From Massalongia carnosa (taxonomy: Eukaryota), in contig OZ287077.1 of assembly GCA_965645245.1 (NCBI GenBank), forward strand, positions 1,302,001-1,366,000: 64,000 bases of DNA, in the 5' to 3' direction. The notes beneath the pieces are model-generated. The model was not told the origin of the DNA, ran no database searches, and worked only from the letters and a program-made list of their open reading frames with translations. Shown one piece after another: positions 1 to 12,111 of the stretch (its first letter is position 1; every line of letters begins with the position of its first letter). Both the position numbers and the translations under genes were made by a program.

Positions 1-87
1 CCTGCGTCAATCCGACAATCTCCTGGGAGTCGGGGACTATGTCGTCCATCGGGGTGCTTTGGGAACGGGTGTTCGTCATTGGGAAAA

Positions 88-225
88 AGCACCGACAGCG
101 AGGTAGGGGCACCGAGGACAACGTGAGGTCGACGACGAGTCAGTGAGATGGGAAAAGCAGCAAGCACTGACAGCGAGGTAGGGGCACCGAGACAACGTGG
201 GGTCGACGACGAGTCAGTGAGATGG
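88..225. repeat. Two-copy ~75-bp tandem repeat, upstream of a minus-strand ATG (77-79) whose frame runs off the window edge
   Basis: agcac(c/t)gacagcgaggtaggggcaccgag..gtcgacgacgagtcagtgagatgg occurs at ~88-151 and ~163-225. Confidence 0.75.
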
Positions 226-678
226 ATGAGGCCGAGTGAGAAGAAGTGGATGAGGAAAGAATTTTCAGAGGGTGATTCTTAATTTACTTTGACTCAGGGG
301 CCTCACGTGACATAGAACCATCTCATATACCAAAGGTCCTGTTTCAGATTAATCAGAATAGGAAGTCTCCTATTGTCTTACATTGCATTAAAATTTATCT
401 TTATTGAAAAAAGCAAAAAAAAACTTTCATTATTTTCACCTATTGTAGTGTCTGGTAAAGGGTTAAATAAGACTTACTGCCTTAGCGAGGAACGGTCTAT
501 TTTAACCCGATTAGGATTTATTTGACGCGTTATAGTCAAATAAATAGGGATAGGAAAGAAAGAGTCATTTGACCAGTAAACAAACAGGTGTAAATTCTAT
601 TCTGACTAGTACGTCCGGGGAAAGTCAGAATAAATTATTTGGTGGCGATAAAAGGGATATTGCAAAGGCAAAAACACT

Positions 679-2337
679 ATGCTCAATCGAAGATTTAACC
701 CGATAGGTCATAGACCAAATCGATTGATACCAACAACTCCTCCCCCAGGCCCCCCTCCACAACATCTATGGGTCCCCCCGAGTACTCCCCCGTGCCCCCC
801 CCGAACCGACTCCCCCACGCCATCTTCGGTAGCGATAATTGGGAGCAACCCCCTAACCGTAGAATCCACGGAGGCCATGGACCAAACGCGAGAATTTTCG
901 TCCGCACCGTCCACACCCACCCCAAAAACGAAAACTTTTGTCGCGCCATCTGGTGAATTCAGTACCAATCTGCCCAAGCCATCATTGAATTCTGATATTC
1001 GACTGAGTCCACCAATTAAACGCAACAAAAGACGAACATTTGACGAACATTCGATTGAGAGTCAAGAAGTCATCAATCGATCAAAATCGATTCAACTATT
1101 GAATACGGCAAAAAATGCATTATTAGAGTCATTCGTAATAGATCAAAACCCCGAAACGGCTATGGTCATCGATCACGTCAATTCTCTACTGGCAAAGAAA
1201 TCGATCAAGCCAAAAGCAACGTTAGAAATGATTGATTGGAAATTGAATAGGGTGCTAGAACAAACTAGCCAAATTCCAGAAACAAAGAGACAATCGGTGC
1301 ATCCTATACAGACAAAATCGAAGGGAAATTCAAATGGAAATTCGAATTTGACTCAAAACGTCAACCCAGAAATTCGGAGCGAAACCGCCGGAGTCCCAGG
1401 GCCGCAGGTCAACGATACAGCTAGAACATGGAGCCAAATGCTCGGAAAAGCGACTGTCAATTCCGAAAATTGGACTACCGTTCCTCGATCCAAAAAAACA
1501 AACAAGAACAACAAAAATAATTCGAATGCGAACAAATTCGATAATACTGACGATTTCAAGGCGATCAAATCTCGACAATTGATAATCACACCGAAAGCTC
1601 AAATCGGCGATATCGATTCACTGTTGCTTCGAAACCAAATCAATTCGCTTTTTAAAGACGCGAAATTGACTATCGTTGTTAACACGGTCGAAAAGTCCAA
1701 AACGGGTCAAAACATCGTTCTGACTACTAGTCCTGATAACACTGCTGAAGATTTATTAAACAATAAATCAATATGGGAGCATTTATTCGACCCACGAACA
1801 GTTCGAAAGGACGAATCGTGGTTCAAAGTCGTCGCACACGGTGTAAATATTGCAACATTTGATGAAAACATGCAATATTTGCAAGACGAAATTCAAAAGT
1901 TCAATTCGAACATGCAATTATGCGATGTTCCCAGATGGCTAGCACGTGATCGTCATAACAAGATCAAATCATCCGTTGTTTTGACATTCAATGATCGAAA
2001 TATGGCCTTGAACGCGTTAAAAGGAGTCAATATCGCGGGCCGACATTGTGACACGGAAATATTTACCTCCGTTCGTCCAAACACACAATGCATTAATTGT
2101 CAAAAATATGGACACAAGCATTATCAATGCAAAAGTCAAGCGAAATGCAGCATATGTGCGCAAAACCATGAAACACGCAATCATGAATGCACAACATGCA
2201 AGTCAAAAATTGCTTGTGCACACGCCGTCGTCAAATGCGCGAATTGCAACAAGAATCATCAATCCAATGATGAAAATTGTGAAATGGTTATATCGTTAAA
2301 TGTTCGAAAATCGACTGACGAATTAGCCGCTTTGTAA
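679..2337 (+). CDS. LINE ORF1 (gag-like nucleic-acid-binding protein, 552 aa)
   Basis: Intact ORF with Pro-rich N-terminus and C-terminal Cys/His knuckles (CINCQKYGHKHYQC, CSICAQNH, CANCNKNH). Stop overlaps the ORF2 start (TAATG). Confidence 0.92.
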   Translation: MLNRRFNPIGHRPNRLIPTTPPPGPPPQHLWVPPSTPPCPPRTDSPTPSSVAIIGSNPLTVESTEAMDQTREFSSAPSTPTPKTKTFVAPSGEFSTNLPKPSLNSDIRLSPPIKRNKRRTFDEHSIESQEVINRSKSIQLLNTAKNALLESFVIDQNPETAMVIDHVNSLLAKKSIKPKATLEMIDWKLNRVLEQTSQIPETKRQSVHPIQTKSKGNSNGNSNLTQNVNPEIRSETAGVPGPQVNDTARTWSQMLGKATVNSENWTTVPRSKKTNKNNKNNSNANKFDNTDDFKAIKSRQLIITPKAQIGDIDSLLLRNQINSLFKDAKLTIVVNTVEKSKTGQNIVLTTSPDNTAEDLLNNKSIWEHLFDPRTVRKDESWFKVVAHGVNIATFDENMQYLQDEIQKFNSNMQLCDVPRWLARDRHNKIKSSVVLTFNDRNMALNALKGVNIAGRHCDTEIFTSVRPNTQCINCQKYGHKHYQCKSQAKCSICAQNHETRNHECTTCKSKIACAHAVVKCANCNKNHQSNDENCEMVISLNVRKSTDELAAL

Positions 2338-5300
2338 TGGCAGGACAGCATTCGTTGACAAACATCGAAAATACACAAAATGTTAAATTTATTCAACATA
2401 ATTGTGCAAAGTCAACGAATGCAATGATATCGTGTTTGGAATATGCTTTATCAAATCAAATTGATATTGTTTTGTTTCAGGAACCATGGACACGAGATCA
2501 AAAAACAATATCACATCCGTCATTTACATGTATTATGCCAAAAATAGCGACTTATCGCTCGAGAGTAGCTATATTTGTCACAAATGGCAATTCCAAACTG
2601 CAATGCATGCCTAGAACGGATCTTATTGACCATTCCGATATGCAAATTATTGAAATTACAATTGATGAAGTTCGAAAAGTGCAGATTTTCAATATTTATA
2701 ACGAAAAAAGTCAAAGTGATCGAGAAACATACACGATCGATCGACTTTTAATCCAATTACAACCAAAATCAACTGATCAATTCGTCATCTGTGGAGATTT
2801 CAATGCACATCATAACTGGTGGAATTCGAAAATTCAACAAGCAATTCGATCAGAAAATCTTGTCAAATGGTTGAAATTAAACAGGTGTAGCTTGATAAAC
2901 ACACCTGACTTATGTACATACTACGCCCATTCTGGAAGTTCTTCATCTGTTATTGATTTAACTTTTGCAAATTCTAAAATCGAAAATGCAATTACAAATT
3001 GGTCAATCGATGAAAACGCAGTCACAGGTTCTGATCATGAAGTCATCCGATTTGAACTAATCGCATCTTTCAAAAACTTGACGTCACATGCAACCGCATT
3101 ATCGAATAAATACAATTGTAATAAAGCTGATTGGAATAAATTCGCGAAGTATCTAGACGAAAATTCAACCATCTACGAATCACAAGTTCAAAGTTTATTG
3201 AATAATCATCAATTCGACGAATCAGCGATATAGTTGCAAAACGTTATCAAAAACGCGGCTGAAATGTTTATTCCGAAAACGAAAATTTGTGCAAAATCGA
3301 AAAATTGGTGGTCGCATGATTTAACTGAACTTCGAAAAACCATGTGCAGACATCGTCGAGAATGGAAGAATTATCCGTCCGATTTTAGTCATCGGACGTT
3401 TAAACATAGTCGAATCGAGTATTTTCATGCAATTCGAAAAGCAAAACAACAAACATGGTTGACTTTTCTTGAAAATGCAGCAAATAAAGATGTATTTACC
3501 GCGTATAAATACACTAAACCGCGAATATTCGAAAAAATACCGCCGATTCTACATGAAAACAAGCTAAATGTTCAGTTTGATGACAAATGCGATGCATTTG
3601 TGTCAGCAATGTATACAAAAAACCCATTTATTGACGATAATGAGGAAGATTTATCAAATCAAGACAGCGTAAATGATGATAATTGGCCAGATTTGACCGA
3701 AAACGAGTTGAAAAATGCGATTAGTTTATTTAATCCGAAGAAAGCATGTGGACCTGATGCAATCAATTTTACAATTGTTCAAAAATCGTTTCAATCGTTG
3801 AAAAACGTGTTTTTCATGATTTATTCGAAATTCATTCGAATCGGTTATCACCCGTTATGCTGGCGGACAGGACTCGGTGCAGTTCTGAAAAAACCTAATA
3901 AATCGGACTATTCGTTTCCAAAATCATATCGAATTATCACATTATTAAATTGTCTTGGTAAAATTGCTGAGAAAATCGTTGCAAATCGACTAGCCTACTT
4001 CGGCGAAAATTCGAATTTACTCGATATCGAACAGATGGGCGGACGCAAAAATCATTCTGCAATTGACGCAGTAATGAACGTTGTTCATGATATTGAAATT
4101 GCAAATAGAAATAAAAACGTCTTATCATGTTTATTACTCGATGTCAAAGGCGCATTTGACTATGTCTCGATTAATCAACTGCTAAATGTTATGAAAAAGC
4201 TGAAATTATCTCGCATAATAATTCAATGGGTCAAGCATTTCATGACAAAGCGATCGATCAATTTGATATTTGATGAAAATTTAAGCAAAACATATTATGT
4301 CGAATCAGGAATTCCACAAGGCTCACCAATCTCGCCTATTCTATTTCTGATTTACATTCGTCACTTGTTTCCGAAAATACGAATGAAATTCAATGCACAT
4401 TCTCCCAGTTTTATTGACGATGTTGCAATATATGTCGAAAATAAAACTGCAAAACAGAATTGCAAAGAAATCGAAATCATAGTCAAAACGGCCTTTGATT
4501 GGGCCGCATCGAATAATGTCAAATTTGATGACGATAAATCCGAGCTGATTCACTTCGAAAAGACAAGAAATGTATCGAAAGATACATTGGAATTACCAAA
4601 CGGGACAGTACTAGAACCGAAAAATGTAGTCAAATGGTTGGGCGTCTGGTTAGACCGAAAACTAAATTTCAAAAAACACGTCGAAACGCGGATCTCTTCT
4701 GCGAATCGATCGTTTTTTGCAATTCAGAATTTGATGAAATCCGAATGGGGTCTGAAACCGACCGCATCCAGACAGCTCTATATGTCATGCATTATTCCTA
4801 TTTCGGACTACGGCTCAGAAATTTGGTATAATGGTCAAAAGAAATATGAAAAACTATTTCAGAACCTACAAAATCAAATGATTCGAAAGATTTTAGGAAC
4901 TTTCAAAACCACACCTATTCAGGCGATGGAAATTGAATCACATGTTTTACCAGTTAAACTTCGATTATTAATGAAAAATCAAAAATACGCAATTCGATTA
5001 TTGAAGATTGCCGAAAATAACCCTATTTGTCAAAGAATTCCAAACACATATTCGATAAATTTCGAAAATATCGGTTTTGACACAAGTTTATGGAACAACA
5101 AATATGCCGAATGGAACGAAGACGAAAAACAAACAAATAAACGACATCCTAGTCAGCTTATTCGCGTTCTTCATTCCGTTTCCAATATAGTTCACAAAAC
5201 TGATGAATTTGAACAATCAAATCATTTTATTAAACCTTGGAAATCGCCTTGCAAAATCAAATTTCAAATCGAAAATACAAAGGAATCTGCTAAATCAAGT

Positions 5301-6350
5301 TATTATTCGACCTTATCCAAAATTAAATCAATGAACTCCGATAAATCCCGAGTTTTACTTTATACAGATGGATCGAAAATCGAATTTGCAACGTCTGCAG
5401 TCACATTTGCGCCAGTTATAAGGAATTGGAGTAATATTATCAATAATTTTAATCGATTTATCGAAAAAGATTGTCTGATCAAGTATCATACGATTTCGAA
5501 AAGCTGGAAATTAAGCAAAAAGTCAAGCATTAAAAATGCTGAACTGCATGCGATTTTACAAGCAATGAAATGGGTCTATAAATTGTCGAATACTAATATT
5601 TTATCGAACTTAGAAAAAACGATTTGGATTTTTTCTGATAGTATAAACGCGATAAACGAAATTCAGAACTTGACAAATCATATTTTCGCCAGACAAATTC
5701 GAAAGCTCGCAAAAATCTTATTTGAAAGCAATTTTCAGGTGATTTTGCAATGGGTTCCGAGTCATTCAAATATTACCGAAAACGAAATTGCAGACAAAAT
5801 AGCAAAGACGGGCCATAATCAAATCCTAGTCGAGTCCTCGGCGATAACATTTGATATTGTAAAAGATCAAATAAATCAAAATATGCTAACCACATGGACG
5901 AATCAATGGCAACAATGCAAATCAAAAGGCAAATACTACGAGAAATTCGTAATGAAACCTGGCATATCGAGATTTTATTATTTATCAAACAACTGTTCCA
6001 AATTGATATTTGCTACTATTATGCAATTAAAATTCGGACACGGCCATTTTCGATCTTATTTACAGCGATTGAAAGATTATAATTCGTCAAAATGCACAAA
6101 TCGATGCAATCAACGACAAACGCCAGAACACTTGTTATTGAATTGCATTCACTATTTCGATGAAATTCAAAACATGAAACAAAATATCGATACTACCATC
6201 AACTTGAATATGTTGTTTAATACAAAAATCGGAAATGACATTTTGATTAAATTCATTGTCAATAACAAAATCGCGACAAGAAAATGGATACTAGGTCAGC
6301 TTGATGACGAGATTTTCGAAACTGGAGGTTGGGGAGAGATCGAACAGTAA
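2337..6350 (+). pseudogene. LINE ORF2 (APE endonuclease, RT, RNase H, CCHC) with a single in-frame TAG at 3231-3233
   Basis: Motifs FQEPW, GDFNAHH, IDLTF, GSDH; LLDVKGAFD, GIPQGSPISP, FIDD; YTDGS, AEL, FSDS, NEIAD. Copy A2 has TAT at the stop position. Confidence 0.92.
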
Positions 6351-6438
6351 AATCAGAAACGATTTATGCTGAAACATTCACGAACTTACAAAGACAAATT
6401 TTAAAATCGATATTCTTCGATTACTATAGGTTGTTACT

Positions 6439-7222
6439 GAATGGGCCAGCAAGATGCTAAACAACGAAGCCCCAGCCGCAATACCGCCGCCGCCCCGACC
6501 CTGGTCAGGACCCGACCCTGTCCGTCTCGAGAAATACATCACGGCACGCCGAATTATCGTAAAGCACGCAAAGACCATTACATTACGAATCAAGGAGCGT
6601 TGGGAGACCAGGTGGAAGGCGTATCAGGACCGCGTTCCCTACCCAACAGAGGCACAGCTCGGACCACTCAACAGAACTAGATTGAAGATTCATGACAACT
6701 TGATGAAGGCGGAAAGCGCGCTAACAACGCAAATCCGCACTGAGAAAATAGGTTTGGCAAACTTCCTGTTCAATCGTCGGGTTCCGGGAGCTATGACTCC
6801 AGCTTGCTCGTGTGGCTGGCAGAAACAGACTGCCAAACACATCATATTACACTGCAGACTAATCGAAGGCAGATATGAGCTGCTCAGACAATTGGGCACC
6901 CACGACTACCGGACGATTACGCGTTCGTCGAAAATGCTGAAAAAGCTAACTGCATGGATAATAAAAGCAAACTTGGTAACACAGTTCTCACTAGCATCGC
7001 AAATGTTATACGAGATATAACTTCTCATTTTCGTCAAGGATTCCAAAGAAAAACGATCACAGAGAGCAGCCTGTTGCCAGCGAGGCTCCGGAGGTAGTGC
7101 GTAGTCTACGGGGTTTTTATTCCCAAGAAGGGTTTTCCTTGTATGATAAACATAGACAGCCCGCATGGGCCGGCCTTCGGCCGGTGTCATATCGGAATAA
7201 GAATAAATCAATCAATCAATCA
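6439..7222 (+). mobile_element. 5'-truncated LINE of a second family (related to LINE-D) with (AATC)n tail, inserted in the A1 3' UTR
   Basis: 13-bp TSD ATAGGTTGTTACT at 6426-6438 and 7223-7235. ORF2 C-terminus to 7020 with CSCGW..KHIILHC. Confidence 0.93.
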
Positions 7223-7380
7223 ATAGGTTGTTACTAACACGGAGTAAAAATGGGGAAAAATTGACAATACATAGATGGGTTATAAAGGGTTGATTTATTT
7301 GTAATATAGAAACATATCCTAAAATAGTTTAGTGTCATAACCTTAGGTTGAATACACTTAATGAATAAATAAAAAAAAAA

Positions 7381-7782
7381 GCAGGTTCATTAGACCTAAC
7401 GCAGGTTCATTGGAACTACCGCGGATTCATTGGACCTACCGCGGGTTCGTTGGACCTACCACAGCTTCATTAGTCAGTGCGCGCTGTTCCAACCTTTCTC
7501 GATGCGGTTAGATCAAGTACGGCTCCGCCTCCGATCTTCGAAACCATAATTACCCGGTTCCCATTAGGTGTCTTCGTATTAACTTAGGAAAGGAGATGAA
7601 TAGGAGACATCGAAGATCAAGGAAACAAAGGGGTAAGGAGGTGAGGAACAGATATAAAAGAAGGGGTCGAGTCTCGAAAGTTCTGGCTCCTTGTCCGACG
7701 TCTTGAATAGCCAATCTAGCCTAGCTGTAGCTATAGACTCAGTCAATTAGAAAGCTTGACCATCCAATCCAGTCCCTTGACA
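7381..7782. mobile_element. Probable truncated LTR with a 20-bp minisatellite (~4.5 copies, 7381-7470)
   Basis: gcRggttcattggacctacc repeats, TATAAAAG at ~7653, terminus ..ccttgaca resembling other LTR ends here. No TSD or left end. Confidence 0.5.
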
Positions 7783-8965
7783 ATTTGTATGCCCATTTTA
7801 TTGCTTGTAGTATCGCATAAAGTTTAACGTTTTTAACGCTTGACTGTTTGTTTAATTTCCAGCTTTTCGAAATCGTATGATGTTTGAGGAGACAATAATC
7901 TTTTTCGGTAAAACGATTGAATTTATCGGTGAAATTGTTCCAATTTCGCATATTTGGTGCAAATGTGACAGCGGAAGTTGAAAACTCGCTTTTTGATCCA
8001 TCGGTATAGAGTAACACCCGCGATTTATCTGCGTTTATTGATTGATTTTTTGATAAAGTCGAATAATAACTTGACTTTGCTGTTTCTTTTGATCTTTCGA
8101 TTTGGAACTTGATTTTACAAGACGGCTTCCATGGTTTGCTGAAATTATTTACTGATTCGAATTCATCAGTTTTGTGAACTATATCCGCAACGGAATGACG
8201 AATACGGATAAGCTGCCTAGGATGAGGTTTACTCGATTTTTTCTCGTCTTCGTTCCATTCAGCATATCTGTTGTTCCATAAACTAGTGTCAAAACCGATG
8301 TTTTCGAATTTCACCGAATAGGTACTTGGAATTCTTTGACAAATAGGATTATTTTCGGCAATCTTCAATAATCGAATTGCGTATTTTTTATTTTTCATCA
8401 ACAATCGTAGCTTGGCTTGTGAAATATGCGATTCAATTTCCATCACCTGAACAGGCGTGGTTTTGAATGTGCCTAAAATCTTTCGAATCATTCGATTTGC
8501 AGATTCTGAAATAGCTTTTCATATTTCTTTTGACTATTATACCAGATTTCTGAGCCATAGTCCGAAATAGGAATAATGCATGACAAATAGAGCTCTCTGC
8601 ATGCAGTTAACTTTAGTCCCCATTCAGACTTCATCAAATTTTGAATTGCGAAAAACGATCGATTTGCAGAAGCAATTCGCGTTTCGAGGTGTTTTTTGTA
8701 ATTTAGTTTTCGGTCTAACAAGACTCCTAACCATTTGACAGAATTTTTGGGTTCTAATATTATCCCGTTTGGTAATTGCACTTTGTCTTTTGATGCATTT
8801 CTTGACTTTTCGAAGTGGATCAACCCAGATTTGTCGTTATCAAATTTGACATTATTCGTTGCTGCCCACTCAAAAGTTGTTTTGACGATAATTTCGCTTT
8901 CTTTGCAATTCTGTTTGGCAGTTTTATTTTCGACATATATTCCGAGATCGTCTATAAAGTTAGGT

Positions 8966-9376
8966 TTTTTTATTTTTTTATTCATTAAGTGTATTCAACC
9001 TAAGGTTATGACACTAAACTATTTTAGGATATTTTTCTATATTACAAATAAATCAACCCTTTATAACCAATCTATGTATCGTCAATTTTTCCCTATTTTT
9101 ACTCCGTGTTAGTAACAACCTATAGTAATCGAATAATATCGATTTTACAATTTGTCTTTGTAAGTTCGTGAATGTTTCAGCATAAATCGTTTCTGATTTT
9201 ACTGTTCGATCTCTCCCCAACTTCCAGTTTCGAAAATCTCGTCATCAAGCTGACCTAGTATCCATTTTCTAGTCGAGATTTTGTTATTGACAATGGATTT
9301 AATAAAAACATCATTTTCGATTTTTCTATTAAACCACATATTCAAGTTAATCGTAGTATCAACATTTTGTTTCATG
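8966..9376 (-). mobile_element. Extra LINE-A 3'-end fragment (ORF2 end, 3' UTR, A-tail) in tandem with copy A2
   Basis: Reverse complement of the ETGGWGEIEQ-stop region and 3' UTR, A-rich tail at ~8966-8980. Confidence 0.92.
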
Positions 9377-12111
9377 TTTTTTTATTTATTTTTTTATTTA
9401 TTCATTGAGTGTATTCAACCTAAGGTTATGACACTAAACTATTTTAAGATATATTTCTATAATACAAATAAATCAACCCTTTATAACCCATCTATGAATC
9501 TTCAATTTTTCCCCGTTTTTACTCCGTGTTAGTAACAACCTATAGTAATCGAATTTTCGATTTTACAATTTGTCTTTGTAAAGTTCGTAAGTGTTTCAGC
9601 ATAAATCAATTCTGATTTTACTGTTCGATCTCTTCCCAACCTCCCGTTTCGACAATTTCGTCTTCTAGCTGACCTAGTATCCATTTTCTAGTAACGATTT
9701 TGTTTTTGGCTGTTTCATGTTTTGAATTTTATCGAAATAGTGAATGCAATTCAATAAGAAGTGTTCTGGCGTTTGTCGTGGATTGTATCGATTTGTGCAT
9801 TTTGACGAGTTATAATCTTTCAATCGCTGTAAATATGATCCAAAATAGCCGTGTCCGAATTTTAATTGCATAATAGTAGCAAATATCAATTTGGAACAGC
9901 TGTTTGATAAATAAGAAAATCTCGATATGACAGGTTTCATTTCGAATTTCTCGTAGTATTTGCCTTTTGATTTGCATTGTTGCCATTGATTCCTCCATGT
10001 GGTTAGCATATTTTGATTTATTTGATCCTTTACATAATCAAATGTTATCGCCGAGGACTCGACTAGGATTTGATTATGGCCCGTCTTTGCTATTTTGTCT
10101 GCAATTTCGTTTTCGGTAATATTTGAATGACTCGGAATCCATTGCAAAATGACCTGATAATTGCTTTCAAATAAGAGTTTTGCGAGCTTTCGAATTTGTC
10201 TGGCGAAAATATGATTTGAAAAGTTCTGAATTTCGTTTATCGCGTTTATACTATCAGAAAAAATCCAAATAGTTTTTTCTAAGTTCGATAAAATATTAGT
10301 ATTCGACAATTTATAGACCCATTTCATTGCTTGTAAAATCGCATGCAGTTCAGCATTTTTAATGCTTGTTGACTGTTTGCTTAATTTCCAGCTTTTCGAA
10401 ATAGTATGATAATTGGCCAGACAATCTTTTTCGATAAATCGATTAAAACTATTGATAATATTACTCCAATTCCTTATAATTGGCGCAAATGTGACTGCAG
10501 ACGTTGCAAATTCGATTTTCGATCTATCTGTATAAAGTAAAAGTCGTGATTTATCGGAGTTTATTGATTTAATTTGGATAAGGTCGAATAATAACTTGAT
10601 TTAGCAGATTCCTTTGTTTTTTTCGATTTGAAATTCGATTTTGCACAGCGATTTCCAAGGTTTAATAAAATGATTTGATTGTTCAAATTCATCAGTTTTG
10701 TGAACTATGTCGGGAACTAAATTAAGAACGCGAATAAGCTGACTAGGATGTCGTTTATTTGCTTGTTTTTCGTCTTCGTTTCATTCGGCATATTTGTTTT
10801 TCCATAAACTAGTGTCAAAACCGATATTTTCGAATTTTATCGAATATGTGTTTGGAATTCTTTGACAAATAGGGTTATTTTCGGCAATCTTCAATAATCG
10901 AATTGCGTATTTTTGATTTTTCATTAATAATCGAAGTTTAACTGGTAAAATATGTGATTCAATTTCCATCGCCCGTATAGGTGTGGTTTTGAAAGTTCCT
11001 AAAATCTTTCGAATAATTCGATTTTATAGGTTCTGAAATAGTTTTTCATATTTCTTTGGACCATTATACCAAATTTCTGAGCCGTAGTCCGAAATAGGAA
11101 TAATGCATGACAAATAGAGCTGCCTACATGCGGTCGGTTTCAGAGCCCATTCGGATTTCATCAAATTCTGAATTGCAAAAAACGATCGATTCGCAGAAGA
11201 GATCCGCGTTTCGACGTGTTTTTTGAAATTTAGTTTTCGGTCTAACCAGACGCCCAACCGTTTGACTACATTTTTCGGTTCTAGTACTGTCCCGTTTGGT
11301 AATTCCAATGTGTCTTTCGATACATTTCTTGTCTTTTCGAAGTGAATCAGCTCGGATTTATCGTCATCAAATTTGACATTATTCGATACGGCCCTATCAA
11401 AGGCTGTTTTGACTATGATTTCGATTTCTTTGCAATTTTGTTTTGCAGTTTTATTTTCGACATATATTGCAACATCGTCAATAAAACTGGGAGAATTTGC
11501 ATTGAATTTCATTCTTATTTTCGGAAACAAGTGACGAATGTAAATCAGAAATAGAATAGGCGAGATTGGTGAGCCTTGTGGAATTCCTGATTCGACATAA
11601 TATGTTTTGCTTTTATTTTCATCAAATATCAAATTGATCGATCGTTTTGTCATGAAATGCTTGACCCCATTGAATTATTATGCGAGATAATTTCAGCTTT
11701 TTCATGACATTTAGAAGTTGATTAATCGAGACAAAGTAAAATGCGCCTTTGACATCGAGTAATAAACATGATAAGACGTTTTTATTTCTATTTGCAATTT
11801 CAATAGTATGAACAACGTTCATTACTGCGTCAATTGCAGAATGATTTTTGCGTCCGCCCATTAGTTCGATATCGAGTAAATTCGAATTTTCGCCGAAGTA
11901 GGCTAGTCGATTTGCAACGATTTTCTCAGCAATTTTACCAAGACAATTTAGTAATATGATAATTCGATATGATTTTGGAAGCGAATAGTCTGATTTATTA
12001 GGTTTTTTCAGAACTGCACCGAGTCCTGTCCGCCAGCATAACGGGTGATAACCGATTCGAATGAATTTCGAATAAATCATGAAAAACACGTTTTTCAACG
12101 ATTGAAACGAT

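Larger units (their letters stand above)
326..7380 (+). mobile_element. LINE-A copy A1: near full-length Tad1-clade LINE, 5' UTR partly truncated, 3' UTR interrupted by another LINE fragment
   Basis: ORF1 plus APE-RT-RNase H ORF2. 5' UTR matches 18900-19246 (-) and 21686-22027. 3' UTR ends aatgaataaat(a)n at 7380. No TSD seen. Confidence 0.95.

Noticed and set aside
3231..3233. Programmed stop-codon readthrough splitting ORF2
   Set aside because: A2 and LINE-B have TAT here, so it is a copy-specific nonsense change. The equal 1038-aa length of the A3 ORF is coincidental truncation plus a TTG start call.
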